Source: Eledone cirrhosa (taxonomy: Eukaryota). Taken from it: a stretch of 64,000 bases of DNA. Where the stretch lies: positions 1-64,000 of the forward strand of contig CAXHJY010001116.1 in NCBI GenBank assembly GCA_964016885.1, read 5' to 3'. The position numbers and the translations under genes are program-made. Positions 11,360 to 24,670 of this stretch are shown here, in pieces; position 1 is the first letter of the stretch, and each line of letters begins with the position of its first letter. The notes under the pieces were generated by a model, which saw only the letters and a program-made list of their open reading frames with translations, searched no databases and had not been told where the DNA came from.

Positions 11360-11532
11360 TGTAAAGATACCTTTTAAAATAAAATGAAGACCTTTAAAAG
11401 ACGGAACCAGTAGTTGCCATCGGTCGCTATTAAACCCCATATCTTCCAGATTCTGGGGTTAAATTCCCAATGGCAACTTCTTTTTCCGGATTTTAAAGGT
11501 CTTCACTCAACTTTATAACCTTATCTTTATAC
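11360..11532. repeat. Long imperfect inverted repeat (multi-stem hairpin)
   Basis: Paired segments: TGAAGACCTTTAAAA/TTTTAAAGGTCTTCA, CGGAA/TTCCG, AGTTGCCAT/ATGGCAACT, ACCCCA/TGGGGT. Confidence 0.85.
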
Positions 11533-11754
11533 TTGTATATACTGAACAAAACATATTGTGGAAGTAATATTTGGTTCTTATTCTAGAACAAACAGAAGTT
11601 GACCATGGAATGGTCCTCCGTTGATTTCGAGGATGAGTGTTCCAGATGTTCGATCAACGGAACAGACTGATTGTAAAATTAACATGTAGTCTGCTGAGCA
11701 TTCCACAGACATGTGTACCTTTAACGTAATTCTTAGGGAGATTCAGCATGACAC

Positions 11755-11894
<140 letters not shown>

Positions 11895-14114
11895 AGGATA
11901 GCTCTTTGAGTCACAGGCTTCTAAATAGTTTCCGTCCACGCAATTTCACTCGCAAGGTTAGGGTCGAGCGGAGACTATGATAAATGACATTTGCTCAAAA
12001 TGTCACTCAGTGGGATCGAACCAGGGACCTACTGATTGCACAGCGACCTTCTTAAGCATTTAGCCATGCTGCACCCCGGTTATTTTGTGTTACCAATAGC
12101 ATTGGTAAAGGCACAAAGGAGTAAAAGATACTGCTTCCTATTTCCCATCTAACACAAACGTAAATCAATATGATGTTTTTGTTGTTATTGTTAAATCATG
12201 GCCGTCCTCTTTGTGTGACTATATAATCAGTGTCATACTTTTTTTTCTAAGACTTTGGTCTTTGGAACGAAAGACTTTTTCATTTTTTAATCCATTCATA
12301 ACAAGCATTTTTATAGAAGTATTAAATCGATCCCAATACATGGCAGGCGATCGATTTTATCGACCGAGTCCGAAAAGATAAAAGGCAAAGTCGACGTCGG
12401 CAGAATTTGAACTCAGAACATAAAGGGTCGACTCTAAATGCCAGATTTTTGTCTGATGTTCTAATGGTTCTGCGAATCAGAGTGTGATTTGAGGAAGCTT
12501 TGGCTGCTATTTCCAGCAAGTCAAGCGATATGGTGGAGTGTATAGAGAAGTTTCCCAAATAACTATTTTTTTTTCCCCGATGGTAGTCTTTTCCTTCCAA
12601 TTATATTGTTAAAACCCTCAGAATTATTGCCCCATACTTTCATTACTCTTACATCAAAATTACTAGCTTTATACCTAAAGTAAGAAATCAATAAAAGTGA
12701 TTCAATACAAGTTTCTATAGATCACCAAAAAGCTTTCTTTCATATCAAAAGTTTGTACTGACTACAATCGTTAGGTAATATTTTACATAGATGTTACAGT
12801 TTTGTTACTTCTACTACTACAAAAACCAGCAACACCACCACCACGACCAGTATCACCTCCAAAACCACCACTATCACCAACACAAACAACAACAATTTTC
12901 CATGTGGGGGCAGTAAAATTAAGCCACGTCAAATGTGTTCCAAGCTAAGAGAGGTGGGCGTTCAAATCACTTCTGTTGATGAACTCCCAACAATTTGAAA
13001 AGGTCAATTGACACGTCGATCCATCAAACAAATGTTAGCCTAAGCTTTTACTTCTGCTGTTACGGTGTACATGTTTTTACTCTCTCATTGAAGTTGTTAC
13101 TTTGTAATTTCTGCTTATTTCAATTTTCTGAGTCAACCACCAGATCTGATGTAGCATTATATGACGTAGATAGCATTAAAAGGGATCGCAGAGAATATAT
13201 ACCTTTCATGAAATTTTTCATTCATTTTTATTTTATTTTAAACATCTTTATTTTGCCATTTACTATTGAACAGATTGTTTGATCTGGCAAGAAGAAAGAA
13301 GATAATGTTTCTCCGGTATTCAGAATATTGTAAAAAAAAAAAATAGAATCGGGTTTTCAAATCTGGGTAAATCTAAAACTGTCTTTGCCTCCTTTTAGAT
13401 CATCCCCTCCTCTCTCTATCTATCTATCACTGGTCTATTTATATTGAAATCTGTTATAAAGGTGGTTTCTTTCTTTTAACCTTATTCCATTCGTTGATCA
13501 TCCCCTCTCCTCCCTCCATTAAGCCTAATCCATCAACTAAAAGCTTTAATGCAGTAACCTTATAATTATTTCTTTTATCATGGCTTTCTGCAAATATGGC
13601 TGGCCATTTTAAGTGTGTTTCGATCCACTAACGAAATAAGTCAATCGCAAGTAAAAATACTAGCAGCGATGTGTAACATTTGTCAAGGATGTGGTACTTT
13701 GCTAGCGATATGTCAGTTAATAGTCATCAGTTCAAAACCTATTCAACACCTGGAGAGTTTATTTTCCAAGGTGCGAGTCTCAGGAAGGTTTTCTATAGAA
13801 GATGAGAATTTGCTCATGCATGCAAACCTCCTCTCCCCATGCAACAAATTCTGACCAGGAAACGGCAAATGCCGATACAGTTTAGCATCAGTGTCATTGT
13901 GGATGTGGCTATCGAAGTGAAATGAGCCAGTAGAGATAACACAAGGCATCTCTTTTGTTGTTCTAGCTATTCCACAAACCCACCATCTATCCTGAAAGTA
14001 TGAAATATATAGTTGGCCCCGATGGGATTTGAATTCAGAGTATAAAATACCGCACCAAATATGGCAAGGCTTTCTCTACAACGCTTTAATGACTGCCTAT
14101 TCGCCGTTATCTTT

Positions 14115-15240
14115 ATTTGAAGAACAATATTCCAAGGCGATATACTTTCTCTACCCCTTCTATGTTATGCGCTAATACACTTACCCCAGCATATAAAATC
14201 AGACTGAACTGGGATTAAAAGGCTATGGAAGGACAATGAACTATCTTTTGTATAAAGACGGGCTCAAATTGGTCGTTGCGGATGACAAAAGTATAGCTAG
14301 TCATGACATATATTTACTAGAAGAAGTGATATGAGATTCTGGTTATATAAATAAGCCATGGCAAACTTGAAAAGGAAAACGTGTTATATCATAGATGTAA
14401 AGAAACGGTGATAAGAGAATTGAAGAAAACTTAAGGTAACAAATACTCAGGAAACAATGAACTAGGGCGCGGGTGGCACTCGCAAATTAAAGAAAGAGTT
14501 AGGAAAGAATATTATAGACTCATAGATATATTTACAACAGAGCTAATTGTAAATAATAAAGTAATGGATATCAATAATCCAGCTGAACCAGAGTCAAGTT
14601 TATAAGACCCTCCATATCAAATACCTGAACGAACTGAACAGGATGAAATTAGACAAAGAAAGCTGGCAGTATTCGCTAAACATGGTGGAAAGATTCTTGA
14701 CAGCATCTCAGAATCAAATCCATTCAATTGGAACGCTCAAACAAGCATGTAATGAAGCGGAACATATTAAGTAACTACAAAACACCGGCAAACTAGGAAG
14801 AAACAATTGATGGAAATGTATCTAGTTGCCTAATATTAGCCCGCAAAATATATCTATGGATATGACAGTTGAGCTTTCATACGCTGGAAATTATGACAGT
14901 AATATGACAACAGATGAGAGGAGATATAAATATTCATAAGAAAATGTAACAAAGAATGACAAAGCCATCATATTAATCGGTTGAATATTGTCGACAGGGA
15001 GCACCAACAAAGCATGTCCTTTCTAATGGAAATATCAGTCGCAACAGAGGATAGCGTATATCTAAAAGAAATAGATAAAGTTATCCAAATATAAAGATAA
15101 ACAGTGTTGTGACTGAAGACATAAACAGGTTCTATATAAATAGGTGACTTGATTAAAACAAACATGCAGACAAATACAAAACTGAAACCTACCGAAGTTA
15201 CAAATTTACAGAAAATATCGTTACTAGAACATACAGAAAA
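14115..15240 (+). mobile_element. Heavily degraded R4/Dong-like non-LTR retrotransposon (RT plus restriction-like endonuclease)
   Basis: IFQGDILSLPLLCYALI (~14127) resembles GIFQGDSLSPLLF. NYLLYKDGLKL (~14239) resembles HLLYMDDLKL. NRLNIVDREH...FLMEISVATEDSVYLKEIDK..KYKD (~14975-15098) resembles the RPD..D..K nuclease. The element ends in LQKISLL. Confidence 0.7.
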
Positions 15241-15350
15241 TATAGTTACTAGAACATACAGAAAATATAGTTACTAGAACATACAGAAAATATAGTTACT
15301 AGAACATACAGAAAATATCGTTACTAGAACACAGAAAATATAGTTACTAG
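15208..15350 (+). repeat. 25-bp minisatellite (~6 copies) seeded from the end of the R4-like element
   Basis: Unit acagaaaatat(c/a)gttactagaacat. Confidence 0.9.
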
Positions 15351-15514
15351 ATTATGTAAAGATTGAGTAACGTATTCTGAATACAATAGAAAATATGGAA
15401 TTGAAACTAAACACTTCATATATCCAAGATGTATTGAACTATATGCGGTAGTGCAGTAAATATATACAATAAAAATATAACTACTCAAAAGTAGAAACAA
15501 TTATTTTCCACAAC

Positions 15515-15728
15515 GGAGAGGTGGATGAGCAGAATCGGTAGAACGTCAGACAACTTGCTTTGCTGCATAGAGATACGTCCCTTTACGATACGACCTCATC
15601 GATGTTAGCATATTATAACTTTATACGGAACTCTTTTTATTATACGGGGTCGATAAAATAAAGAACCAGTAACGCACTTTCCCCTTCTCCAAATCATAAA
15701 CCATTATTTGCCACAATGGGTCATTATA
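15515..15728 (+). mobile_element. SINE S1 (diverged)
   Basis: A-box-like start, tacggggtcgataaaataaagaaccagtaa. Confidence 0.65.
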
Positions 15729-16200
15729 TTCATACAGAACGTGTTAAAAATAGTTACAGGGTATATGGAGGTGTGCATATGTATGTCTGTGTGTGCATGC
15801 GGGAATGTGCATATATATATAAGTTCACATACCTGAGAAACTGCCACCTAAGGTAAAATGGGGCCCCACGATCCTGACTATCTGCTTTTGGTTTGATGAG
15901 AGAAATTTGTATATCCGAAAGTACCCATAATCCTTTTTTGGTTTCTAGCAGAGCAGAGAGGAAGCCTTGTACGCTCCAGCAAATAGTCACGGTTAATATG
16001 TAAGCACGTGTGAATTAGAATGCCCACGCTGGCTTACGTATTACGTCTTCTAAATTTAACGGAGAAAAATAGGATTGCCATGTTAGTGTAAACAGTCTAA
16101 CACATCGCGAAAATAAGAGGTGTGGTTTCGAATCCCGCGTGTGCTAATGCCCTTTTCATGCCATCCGATATGGAGGTTCATATGCCCTAATATTAGACTA

Positions 16201-16368
16201 CAGTATTTCCCAGCGTCGAAGACGCTTCATCATCGAGAATGCACCCTAATTTTGACAACCAAAGATTTGAAAAAAAATAATAAACAACCTTCGGCCTCCA
16301 GGACGCATGGTAGATTTTTTAGACTTATTTTAGGGGGAAAGTAGCGTCTTCGACGCCGGGAAATACGG
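16201..16368. mobile_element. pogo/Tigger-type MITE
   Basis: ~26-bp TIRs CAGTATTTCCCAGCGTCGAAGACGCT / AGCGTCTTCGACGCCGGGAAATACGG, flanked by TA on both sides. Confidence 0.85.
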
Positions 16369-16734
16369 TATTTTCTGTGGTCAATATACGATGAAAGCTT
16401 CTAATTTTAATTTCAACATGTTCAATGGCCACTCTATTCTAATTTACATGAGCTTATATGTAATATATTTACGAAGATATTAAATCAATTATACTAAATC
16501 AGTTCTTGACTGTATCAGTAATTAAGTTAATATGTTATAGAATATTCTAAAGATCTAACAACCCGTTTTGTGCATATATTTATTTCATACACTGAGTACC
16601 CAAAACACACGAGTGACTGTTAAGAGAGTTCTAAAAATTATCCACATAAAATCTATACAATCCTAACTTTATACAGAGTCTGCCAATAAAATGTATACAC
16701 ACTTCAAGAATATATATATATATATATATATGAG

Positions 16735-16955
16735 TAAACTGCTTACTCAACTGTAGAAATGAGTTGCGACGTCACTGGTGCCAAGCTGTATCGGCCATAG
16801 CCTTTCTCTTGGACATCATCGATGGCGTGGAGAGGGGAGGCTGGTATGCATGGGCGACTGCTGGTCTTCCTTAAACAACCTTGCCCGGACTTGTGCCTTG
16901 GAGGGGAACTTTCTAGGTGCAAAGCACATGGTCATTCGTGGTCGAAAGGGGTCTT
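16735..16955 (+). mobile_element. 5'-truncated CORE-type SINE with a distinct tail
   Basis: ttactcaactgtagaaatgag matches the CORE-like segment of family S2. Confidence 0.55.
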
Positions 16956-17074
16956 TGATATATCTATGTAGTATATATGTATATATATTTGCTCTACGGT
17001 TCTTATATATTTGATATATATTTATCCTTATCGAGCCCTCTTTGGATTTTAGTCTTCAAATTTATTATTATTAC

Positions 17075-17107
<33 letters not shown>

Positions 17108-18295
17108 TATAATATATATATATATACATAGTGTTCCCCAGAAATGCATACACATCTGAGTTACGAGACCATACATGAATATTGAAGGTTAAAACTTTTA
17201 CTTTTTGGTGGAGATGGGGGTGGGGGCATGTTTACCACTGATACAATGTTATAATGGAACCCTTTGCTAAAGTAAGACTTTTAGAAAAACACCCCTGACT
17301 TGTGAGGGTTAATTTCATTTATGTAATGTAAAATATATTCATTTTGAATACATTCAATGATGTTAGTGGTGATTTATCACTAACCACCGCTGCTTTTGAC
17401 CATTTATTTTAATCCCACCCCCAACACCAATTATCTCGACATCCATTTACCAACAAATCTAGTCTATTAAAATTGTTATAATAGGAGAAATATGCGACTA
17501 ATTTGAATGTTTTTTGCTTTCATCTCGAAAATCAGTTTGAAGTTATTAATAACAGACAATATAATTCTTAAGTTAATTAGAAAATGTAGAAAAAAATTGA
17601 AAACATTTGCTTTATTTAACCATCTTCTGTCAAACCTTTTTTTTTTTATCTTTAATGCAAATGTTTAACAATATCAAATCAAAATCACATTATAAAAGTA
17701 TAATATATATTTATTTTATTTTATTTTGTTTGTTTTCTTCAAATCCTATTAAACACATTACATGTAAAATGTTAAAATATTTAGTTATCAAATTCAATTT
17801 ATGAAATTTGTAAACAGAAATTCTTTAGTGATTTGTTTTTCTATTTGTAACAAACAACTAATATCTCAATAAATCAATCAGGAGTTGTCTTATGGTGTAC
17901 ATTTGTCAACAGAAAAGATATGTGTTTTTATATATACAAGGAGTAAAGTAATAGTCGTTAGTAGCAGAGTGTATCGTGGTTTGAATAAAATTACATTTAC
18001 TATAAATTAGTGTCTTCGAGAAAATTTCATTTTTTCTTTTATATCCAGTATATAATTTACTAAAGAATATATTAGGTTCACTAGCTAAGATAACCAACAG
18101 TTCGTTTCCTGTATTGTATTTATAGCCAAGACATTTACACTTAGTGGTCCAGTCTTTTAAGTTACAAATCGGTTTCACATCTGTTTAATAATACGTAACT
18201 GGGTTTTGTTCTAACGATTATTATTATAATTATTTCATTTACTATGAATTTTTTAGACGGCGGTATGGCAGAGTCGTTAGAACGTCGGATAGATT

Positions 18296-18790
18296 CCCTA
18301 CAAATATTACTATATTTTCTTAGTTATAGAAAATGGTTATTCCCAGAGAATAATCAACCCTTGCAAATATTACTACCTGTTCTTAGTTATAAAAAATGGT
18401 TATTCCCAGAGAATAATCAACCCCTACAAATATTACTACCTGTTCTTAGTTATAAAAAATGATTATTCCCAGAGAATAATCACCCCCTACAAATATTACT
18501 ACCTGTTCTTAGTTATAAAAAATGGTTATTCCCAGAGAATAATCAACCCCTGCAAATATTACTACCTGTTCTTAGTTATAAAAAATGATTATTCCCAGAG
18601 AATAATCACCCACTACAAATATTACTACCTGTTCTTAGTTATAAAAAATGATTATTCCCAGAGAATAATCAACCCCTGCAAATATTACTACCTGTTCTTA
18701 GTTATAAGAAATGGTTATTCCCAGAGAATAATCACCCCCTACAAACATTACTAGGTGTTCTTAGTAATAAGAAATGGTTATTACCAGAGA
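18296..18790 (+). repeat. 63-bp minisatellite, ~8 copies
   Basis: caaatattactacctgttcttagttataaaaaatggttattcccagagaataatcaacccct recurs at 18301, 18364, 18427, 18490 and onward. Confidence 0.95.
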
Positions 18791-19073
18791 TAAAGTGTTT
18801 AAAACGTTACTTAAATCTGTTCCTATTTGAGATTGACTTATATAAAGGAGTCATATTGAAACCTGTATTTGTTCAGGATTTACTGCAATATACGTATATC
18901 GTATATCGTATATTCAATTATTCAATATCTACTGAATTATAAATCGCTTGCAGACTGAATTAAATATATATCATATTTCAACGTAATAAACAAATATAAA
19001 AAAAACTATCAACTTTAGAATGACATATTTAATATAAATCGATGAAATGTTTTACTTGTGTTTATTTGGAAAG

Positions 19074-19483
19074 AAAATATCGTGTACATATAAATTACAT
19101 AAAATATCGTGTACATATAAATTACATAAAATATCGTGTACATATAAATTACATAAAATATCGTGTACATATAAATTACATAAAATATCGTGTACATATA
19201 AATTACATAAAATATCGTGTACATATAAATTACATATAATATCGTGTACATATAAATTACATAAAATATCGTGTACATATAAATTACATAAAATATCGTG
19301 TACATATAAATTACATATAATATCGTGTACATATAAATTACATAAAATATCGTGTACATATAAATTACATAAAATATCGTGTACATATAAATTACATAAA
19401 ATATCGTGTACATATAAATTACATAAAATATCGTGTACATATAAATTACATAAAATATCGTGTACATATAAATTACAAATATA
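19074..19483 (+). repeat. 27-bp minisatellite, ~15 copies
   Basis: Unit aaaatatcgtgtacatataaattacat. Confidence 0.97.
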
Positions 19484-19617
19484 ATTAGTTAGTCACGTAT
19501 TTATGTTAAATAAATATTCTAATGTAGAGATTAGCAAACATTTTCCATTTGATAGAAACTTCGATTGGGGCATAAAAATAAATTACTTTCTGAAGATTAA
19601 ACAATAAAAGATATTGT

Positions 19618-20182
19618 TTATTATTGTCTTATATCATGGGTCACAGACATGTCTAAGCAATGTAAATGAACTGAAATAGTTTAGCAGAGAATTTGAAGTA
19701 AGTCGCGAACTCAGCCCATTGCCTGTCTAACTCTATACTATCTCATCCGAGATCCATGGATGAGTTCTCGCTAGCGGTCTCTGTCCCTCATTATCGCTGC
19801 CATGTCCTGCATCTCCAACAGACCAGTGTCTGTCCTTAGGGTATCAACATATGTTTACCTCGGTCTTCCTCTTCCAGTGTGTCCATGCAGGGGCTCCCAC
19901 AGGAGCACTGAGTGCAGTGTCAACTCTGGATGTCGGTGAGCATGTCCAGCTAACCTCAGTCTCCTCTGTGTCACTTTGAGCTGACTTTAGGAGGCTCCCG
20001 TACAGCTCTGAGTTCTTCATCCTCAGTGTATGCTGATTAATGTTCAGAGCCATCCTCAGCATTCTCGTGTAGCACCCATCCACCATCTGAGTGAGTTTCT
20101 TGGTCAGTGTCCAAGTCTCAGACCCGTACAGCAGCACAGACTCCACTATAGCAGCTTGAGATCGGTGTGGAAGGCGGACCTT
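19618..20182 (-). mobile_element. RTE-clade LINE 3' fragment
   Basis: ESVLLYGSETWTLTKKLTQMVDGCYTRMLRMAL, then RLRLAGHA-like and RGRPR motifs, with frameshifts. Confidence 0.85.
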
Positions 20183-20224
20183 CTATACTATAATACTCGT
20201 ATATATATATATATATAATATATA

Positions 20225-20739
20225 CTAGCAGAAAAACCACCCTTCGGGTGGTTTTCTGCAAGCATGTGTAGTGTGCATATTGATATTATACGCAAGTATA
20301 TATACATGTAGATATGATACATCAAATAAAATCGTAATTGACAATATACACAGAAATTGTACGAATACTGTGATACACTGATACATTAAAAAAAGACGAT
20401 ATTATATATAAACTGCATTAGGAGAAAATTAGTGACAGAAAATTAGTATGTTTATTTAAGTGATCACCACCGGAAGTGTTGACATCACACACTCTCTCTT
20501 TCTATATATATGGTAGTTGAAGTGGTGGTGGCAACGATATACCGGAAGTGCAACTTTGAAAAGAAGTCAATTTTAAATTATTTATTTTTACGAAATTATT
20601 TTTGTTTACGAAATTTAGTAGATAAATTATGTAATATCCATTCATTATTTATTCAAAGTAATCCAACTTATTTTACTAACGGGATAAAAAAAAATAAACC
20701 GTACGCAGTCCCGCAGACCTTCCTTTATTATAGTTTGGA
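20225..20739 (-). mobile_element. Non-autonomous Helitron
   Basis: On the minus strand it starts A|TCCAAACTATAATAAAG and ends with hairpin GCAGAAAACCACCC-gaa-GGGTGGTTTTTCTGC then CTAG|T. Insertion between A and T. Confidence 0.75.
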
Positions 20740-20759
20740 TTATATTATATTATAACTTT

Positions 20760-20953
20760 AAGGGCGGTGGATTGGCAGTATCGGTAGAGGGTCGGACGCC
20801 ATGCTTTGACGCATAGAGTTACGGCCCTTGCCATTCTGAGTTCAAATCCCGCCGAGGTTAACTTTGCCTTTCATCCTTACGGGGTCGATAAAATAAAGTA
20901 CCAGTAATGCACTGGGTATTTGCTGGCCTTGTGCCAAACGTAGAAACAATTAT
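20760..20953 (+). mobile_element. tRNA-derived SINE family S1 (full length)
   Basis: A box TGGCAGTATCGG, B box GAGTTCAAATCCC, central GCCTTTCATCCTTACGGGGTCGATAAAATAAAGTACCAG (resembles the Meta/Sauria-type domain from memory), tail ggccttgtgccaaa..tagaaacaattat. About 20 copies in the window. Confidence 0.9.
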
Positions 20954-20956
20954 AAC

Positions 20957-21285
20957 TTTAAGGTAGCAAATTGTCGGTCATTGTCGTCTGATAAAATGTT
21001 TTGCTGTATTCGTTTCGACTCTCTGAGTTCAAATCTCACCGAGGTCAACTTTGCCTTTCATCCTTATAAGATCGATAAAAAAATTCAAGTTTAGTACTGG
21101 GGTCGATTTTTCCTTTATATCTCTTTCTCACCTCCTCTCTATCGTCCTCTGGAAAAAAAATCTGCTGTATTCAGACCTGGAGAGGAGATGGGCTCCACCA
21201 GGTTTTTAAAATGCCCAAGAAACACCGTATGTCAATATGGCGTCCCTACGACTCCCTCATGAGTTACGGGACCATACATGCATAT
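20957..21285 (+). mobile_element. SINE family S1b (same head and central domain, long alternative tail)
   Basis: Tail aaatctgctgtattc...gtatgtcaatatggcgtccctacgactccctc. Other copies at 22650-22830 (-), 30340-30560 (-), 34925-35255 (+) and 63615-64000 (-). Confidence 0.7.
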
Positions 21286-21331
21286 TAAAGCTATATACAT
21301 AACTCTTTTTATTATTAAATATCAGATCACC

Positions 21332-21741
21332 AAGGCGGTGGATTGGCAGTATCGGTAGAGGGCCGGACGCCATGCTTTGCAGCATAGAGTTACGGCCCTT
21401 TATGATCTGAGTTCAAATCCTGACGAGGTTAACTTTGCCTTTCATCCTTATGGGGTCGATAAAATAAAGTACCAGTCACGCACTGGGGTCGATTTAATCG
21501 ACTTTCCACTCCCCAAAATCGTTGGCCTTGTGCCTAAATCAGAAATCATTAGGTGGATTGGCAGTATCGGTGGAGGGTCGGACGCCATGCTTTGACGCAT
21601 AGAGTTACGGCCCTTGCCATTCTGAGTTCAAATCCCGCCGAGGTTAACTTTGCCTTTCATCCTTACGGGGTCGATAAAATAAAGTACCAGTGATGCACTG
21701 GGTAATTGCTGGCCTTGTGCCAAAAGTTGAAACAATTATTA
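21332..21741 (+). mobile_element. Head-to-tail SINE S1 dimer
   Basis: Two complete copies joined at ~21551. Confidence 0.9.
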
Positions 21742-22581
21742 AATAGCAGATCAATGAGTATGAAAGTTATTTTTATTAAAGACTAACGACGGCATAAATG
21801 TTTCAGTTATTTTAAATTCTCAGAAATAATTCCTTGTCAAAACTCATTTATATAGCTCTCAGTTGTTCGTTTCATCAACACAGTGGGAGATTAGAAAATC
21901 TCATGAGATCGACAAAACGTCTCATCTTAAACATTGAGAATCTACAGGAAAATCCTTTCGCATCTATTATCAGCTCTTTTATAGTAAATAATGTGTCTAT
22001 TTATTACAGGTAATATCTTCGCAACTCACTAAGTATTCTCAGACAATTTTACTTAGCTAACGGTGAATGGTAGTTTATCTTTCTTCGCGTGTTCTATTAA
22101 AAGAACCAAATATTTCTTCAAAACGTTAGGAATTTAAACAAGTATTGATGATCACCGCTGTGAGTTAATAGTCTAAATTTCCATACTCAATTAGATGTAT
22201 CTTACTACATATCGAGACAAAAACACATCTATTAAATATCTTGTTTCTACTTTCATCGATGGACGATGCCATCAGCCAGACATTATTATTATTGAACAAA
22301 CTTTCGCCGTTAGCAAGGTACAATTGTCTGAGAATCGTTTGAAGTTTAGAAAGAGCGTAGTGATTGCGAATATATTGCTCGTAATAGAGACACAGAGTGC
22401 TAAAATAGTCCTAGGGAAGGTCACAGGGTGTGTGAGGAAAGACAATGATAATCAATCCTTCGGTTGTTAAACCAACCGATGAGTGAATAATTAGTTACCT
22501 GACTATTAATAAAGATCAAATCGAAACTTATTGGTGTGTGTTTTTGTTGGAAGTATGACATTCCTTATATATATAGAGGGC

Positions 22582-22657
<76 letters not shown>

Positions 22658-23489
22658 TTCTAAACCTGGCAGAGCCCATCTCCTCTCCAGGTGTGAATAC
22701 AGCAGATTTCTTCCAGAGAAGTATAGAAATAGTGAAAGAATGGAAATGAGAAAGAGAGATATAGAGGAAGAATCGATTCCAGTACGAGACTGGTACTTTT
22801 TTTATCGATCTCAAATGGATAAATGGTAAATGTTGTAGCTGTTATTATTCTACATGTAGTAACGGTTTATAAAACAGACACAGTATTTACCACAGATTTA
22901 TTTGGGAAGAGTTACCCACAGCTTCATGGTATTACACGTAATCAACAGGATATTGTTTCCTCGTAAGAAAATTAGATTGTATTATTAGAGACAGGCCCAA
23001 TTACCAATGTGTCATCGAAACGGATTTGCTTGGAATCTCAGCAGCATTTTATATTTTAATAGCATGCCTTTTACATAAAGCTGACGTTGACGACCAAGTT
23101 TGCACCTGCAACCATCATGAGAGTTTGCTAATTAGCAAGCGCATTTACGTATTACGAATGTTAACACACGAGAAAAACAATTTTGTTGTTTGACTTTTTC
23201 TTTGTTGATTAAATATTTAGGGTTTGCCAAAGATTGTGAATACAAGATTCTTAAAGTGCTACTTAGAAGGTGTTTCCTCAAATAATGTATCTCATCAAAC
23301 AATAGAAGATATTTTATAAAAACGCCTTCTTGGAATTGTATATAAACTGATTAAACAATTTGGATTACACTTGAAAAACTTTGCTATTAGAGATGTACAG
23401 TTTCATATCACACCCTTTAATAGCCTTCTCGATATATATATATGTCTGTGTGTAAAGAGTTTGTCGTGCTGAGACCGAGGGGACCACTA

Positions 23490-23711
23490 ATAATGGTTTT
23501 TATATAGGCACAAGGCCAGCAATTTTGGGGGGAGGGAAAGTCGATTAAATCGACCCCAGTGCGTGACTGGTACTTTATTCTATCGACCCCGTAAGGTTGA
23601 AAGGCAAAGTTAACCTCGGCGGAATTTGAACTCAGATCATAAAGGGCCGTAACTCAATGCTGCAAAGCATGGCGTCTGACCCTCTACCGATATTGCCAAT
23701 CCACCGCCCTT
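23490..23711 (-). mobile_element. SINE S1 with target-site duplication, nested in another repeat
   Basis: aggggaccactaataatgg occurs on both sides (23478-23496 and 23712-23730). Confidence 0.9.
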
Positions 23712-24626
23712 AGGGGACCACTAATAATGGAAGTACTCAATGCATGGGGAGATGCAGAATGGATATAGAGATAGGTAAAAGCCCACTTGGCGCCGTGGTC
23801 AGGGTTTTTCCTATATCTCTCTATATACTGTATATGTATACCAGTTTTAAAGTAGTAATACCATTATTCAACAGAGTACTCGACACTTAGAATAGTAGAG
23901 TGTAAATATATAAGAGAGTCGGGGCACAACACGCAACCCAGTCCAGGAATCGAACCTACGACATTATGATAGTAAGTCCAACACCTTACCACTAGGCCAC
24001 GCGCCTCCACAATGCAGTTACTAATAAGAAGAGTTGAAATGAATGCATGCAAGATTTCACACCTCTAGTAGCATCACTCTCATGGAATGACCAAATGAGA
24101 TTTATTTGTCAGAAACAATGCAGTTATTAATAAGAAGAGTTGAAAATTTCACAATCCTAGCATCACTCCTTCATAGTCAGCCCACCCTTTAAGTTCTAGA
24201 GTTGATAATATTAGCTCCAGAATTACTAGACATGAATTACATTCTTAGATACTAGCAATATTTGGCTTAGAAATAAATCCTCCTTTTTGCACTTGCGATA
24301 AAATGAGGAGCGAAAAGCGCTGCAGCTAAAGTAAAAATGTTCAAAGTTAAGACATGGGAGAACTTTGGGGTTTAGCTAGAATCTGACTTCAGATCAGCAA
24401 ATTATTCTGGCAGACCAGCCACTTTGTAATAAGAAGTCCCTCTCCGTCTTCTGATATAGATGAGGTGCATCCTGGAGCGATGTTTAATCTCACCAGATCA
24501 AATAAAGAGATCAAATGAGACAAGGCCTCTCGGGAGTTTGAAATTCGACACGAGAAGGTATTATCAACTCGAGTCAGTCAAGTTGAAAATCCGCTGGATG
24601 AAATGCTTTATCTCTCCCTCTCTCTC

Positions 24627-24667
<41 letters not shown>

Positions 24668-24670
<3 letters not shown>

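Noticed and set aside
15735-16000. Tc1/mariner transposase remnant (WPPRSPDL-like at ~15860)
   Set aside because: Only one degenerate motif; TIR pair not identified.
20760-20855. tRNA genes (also 35783-35855 and similar)
   Set aside because: A/B boxes are SINE heads followed by SINE bodies; no complete cloverleaf.
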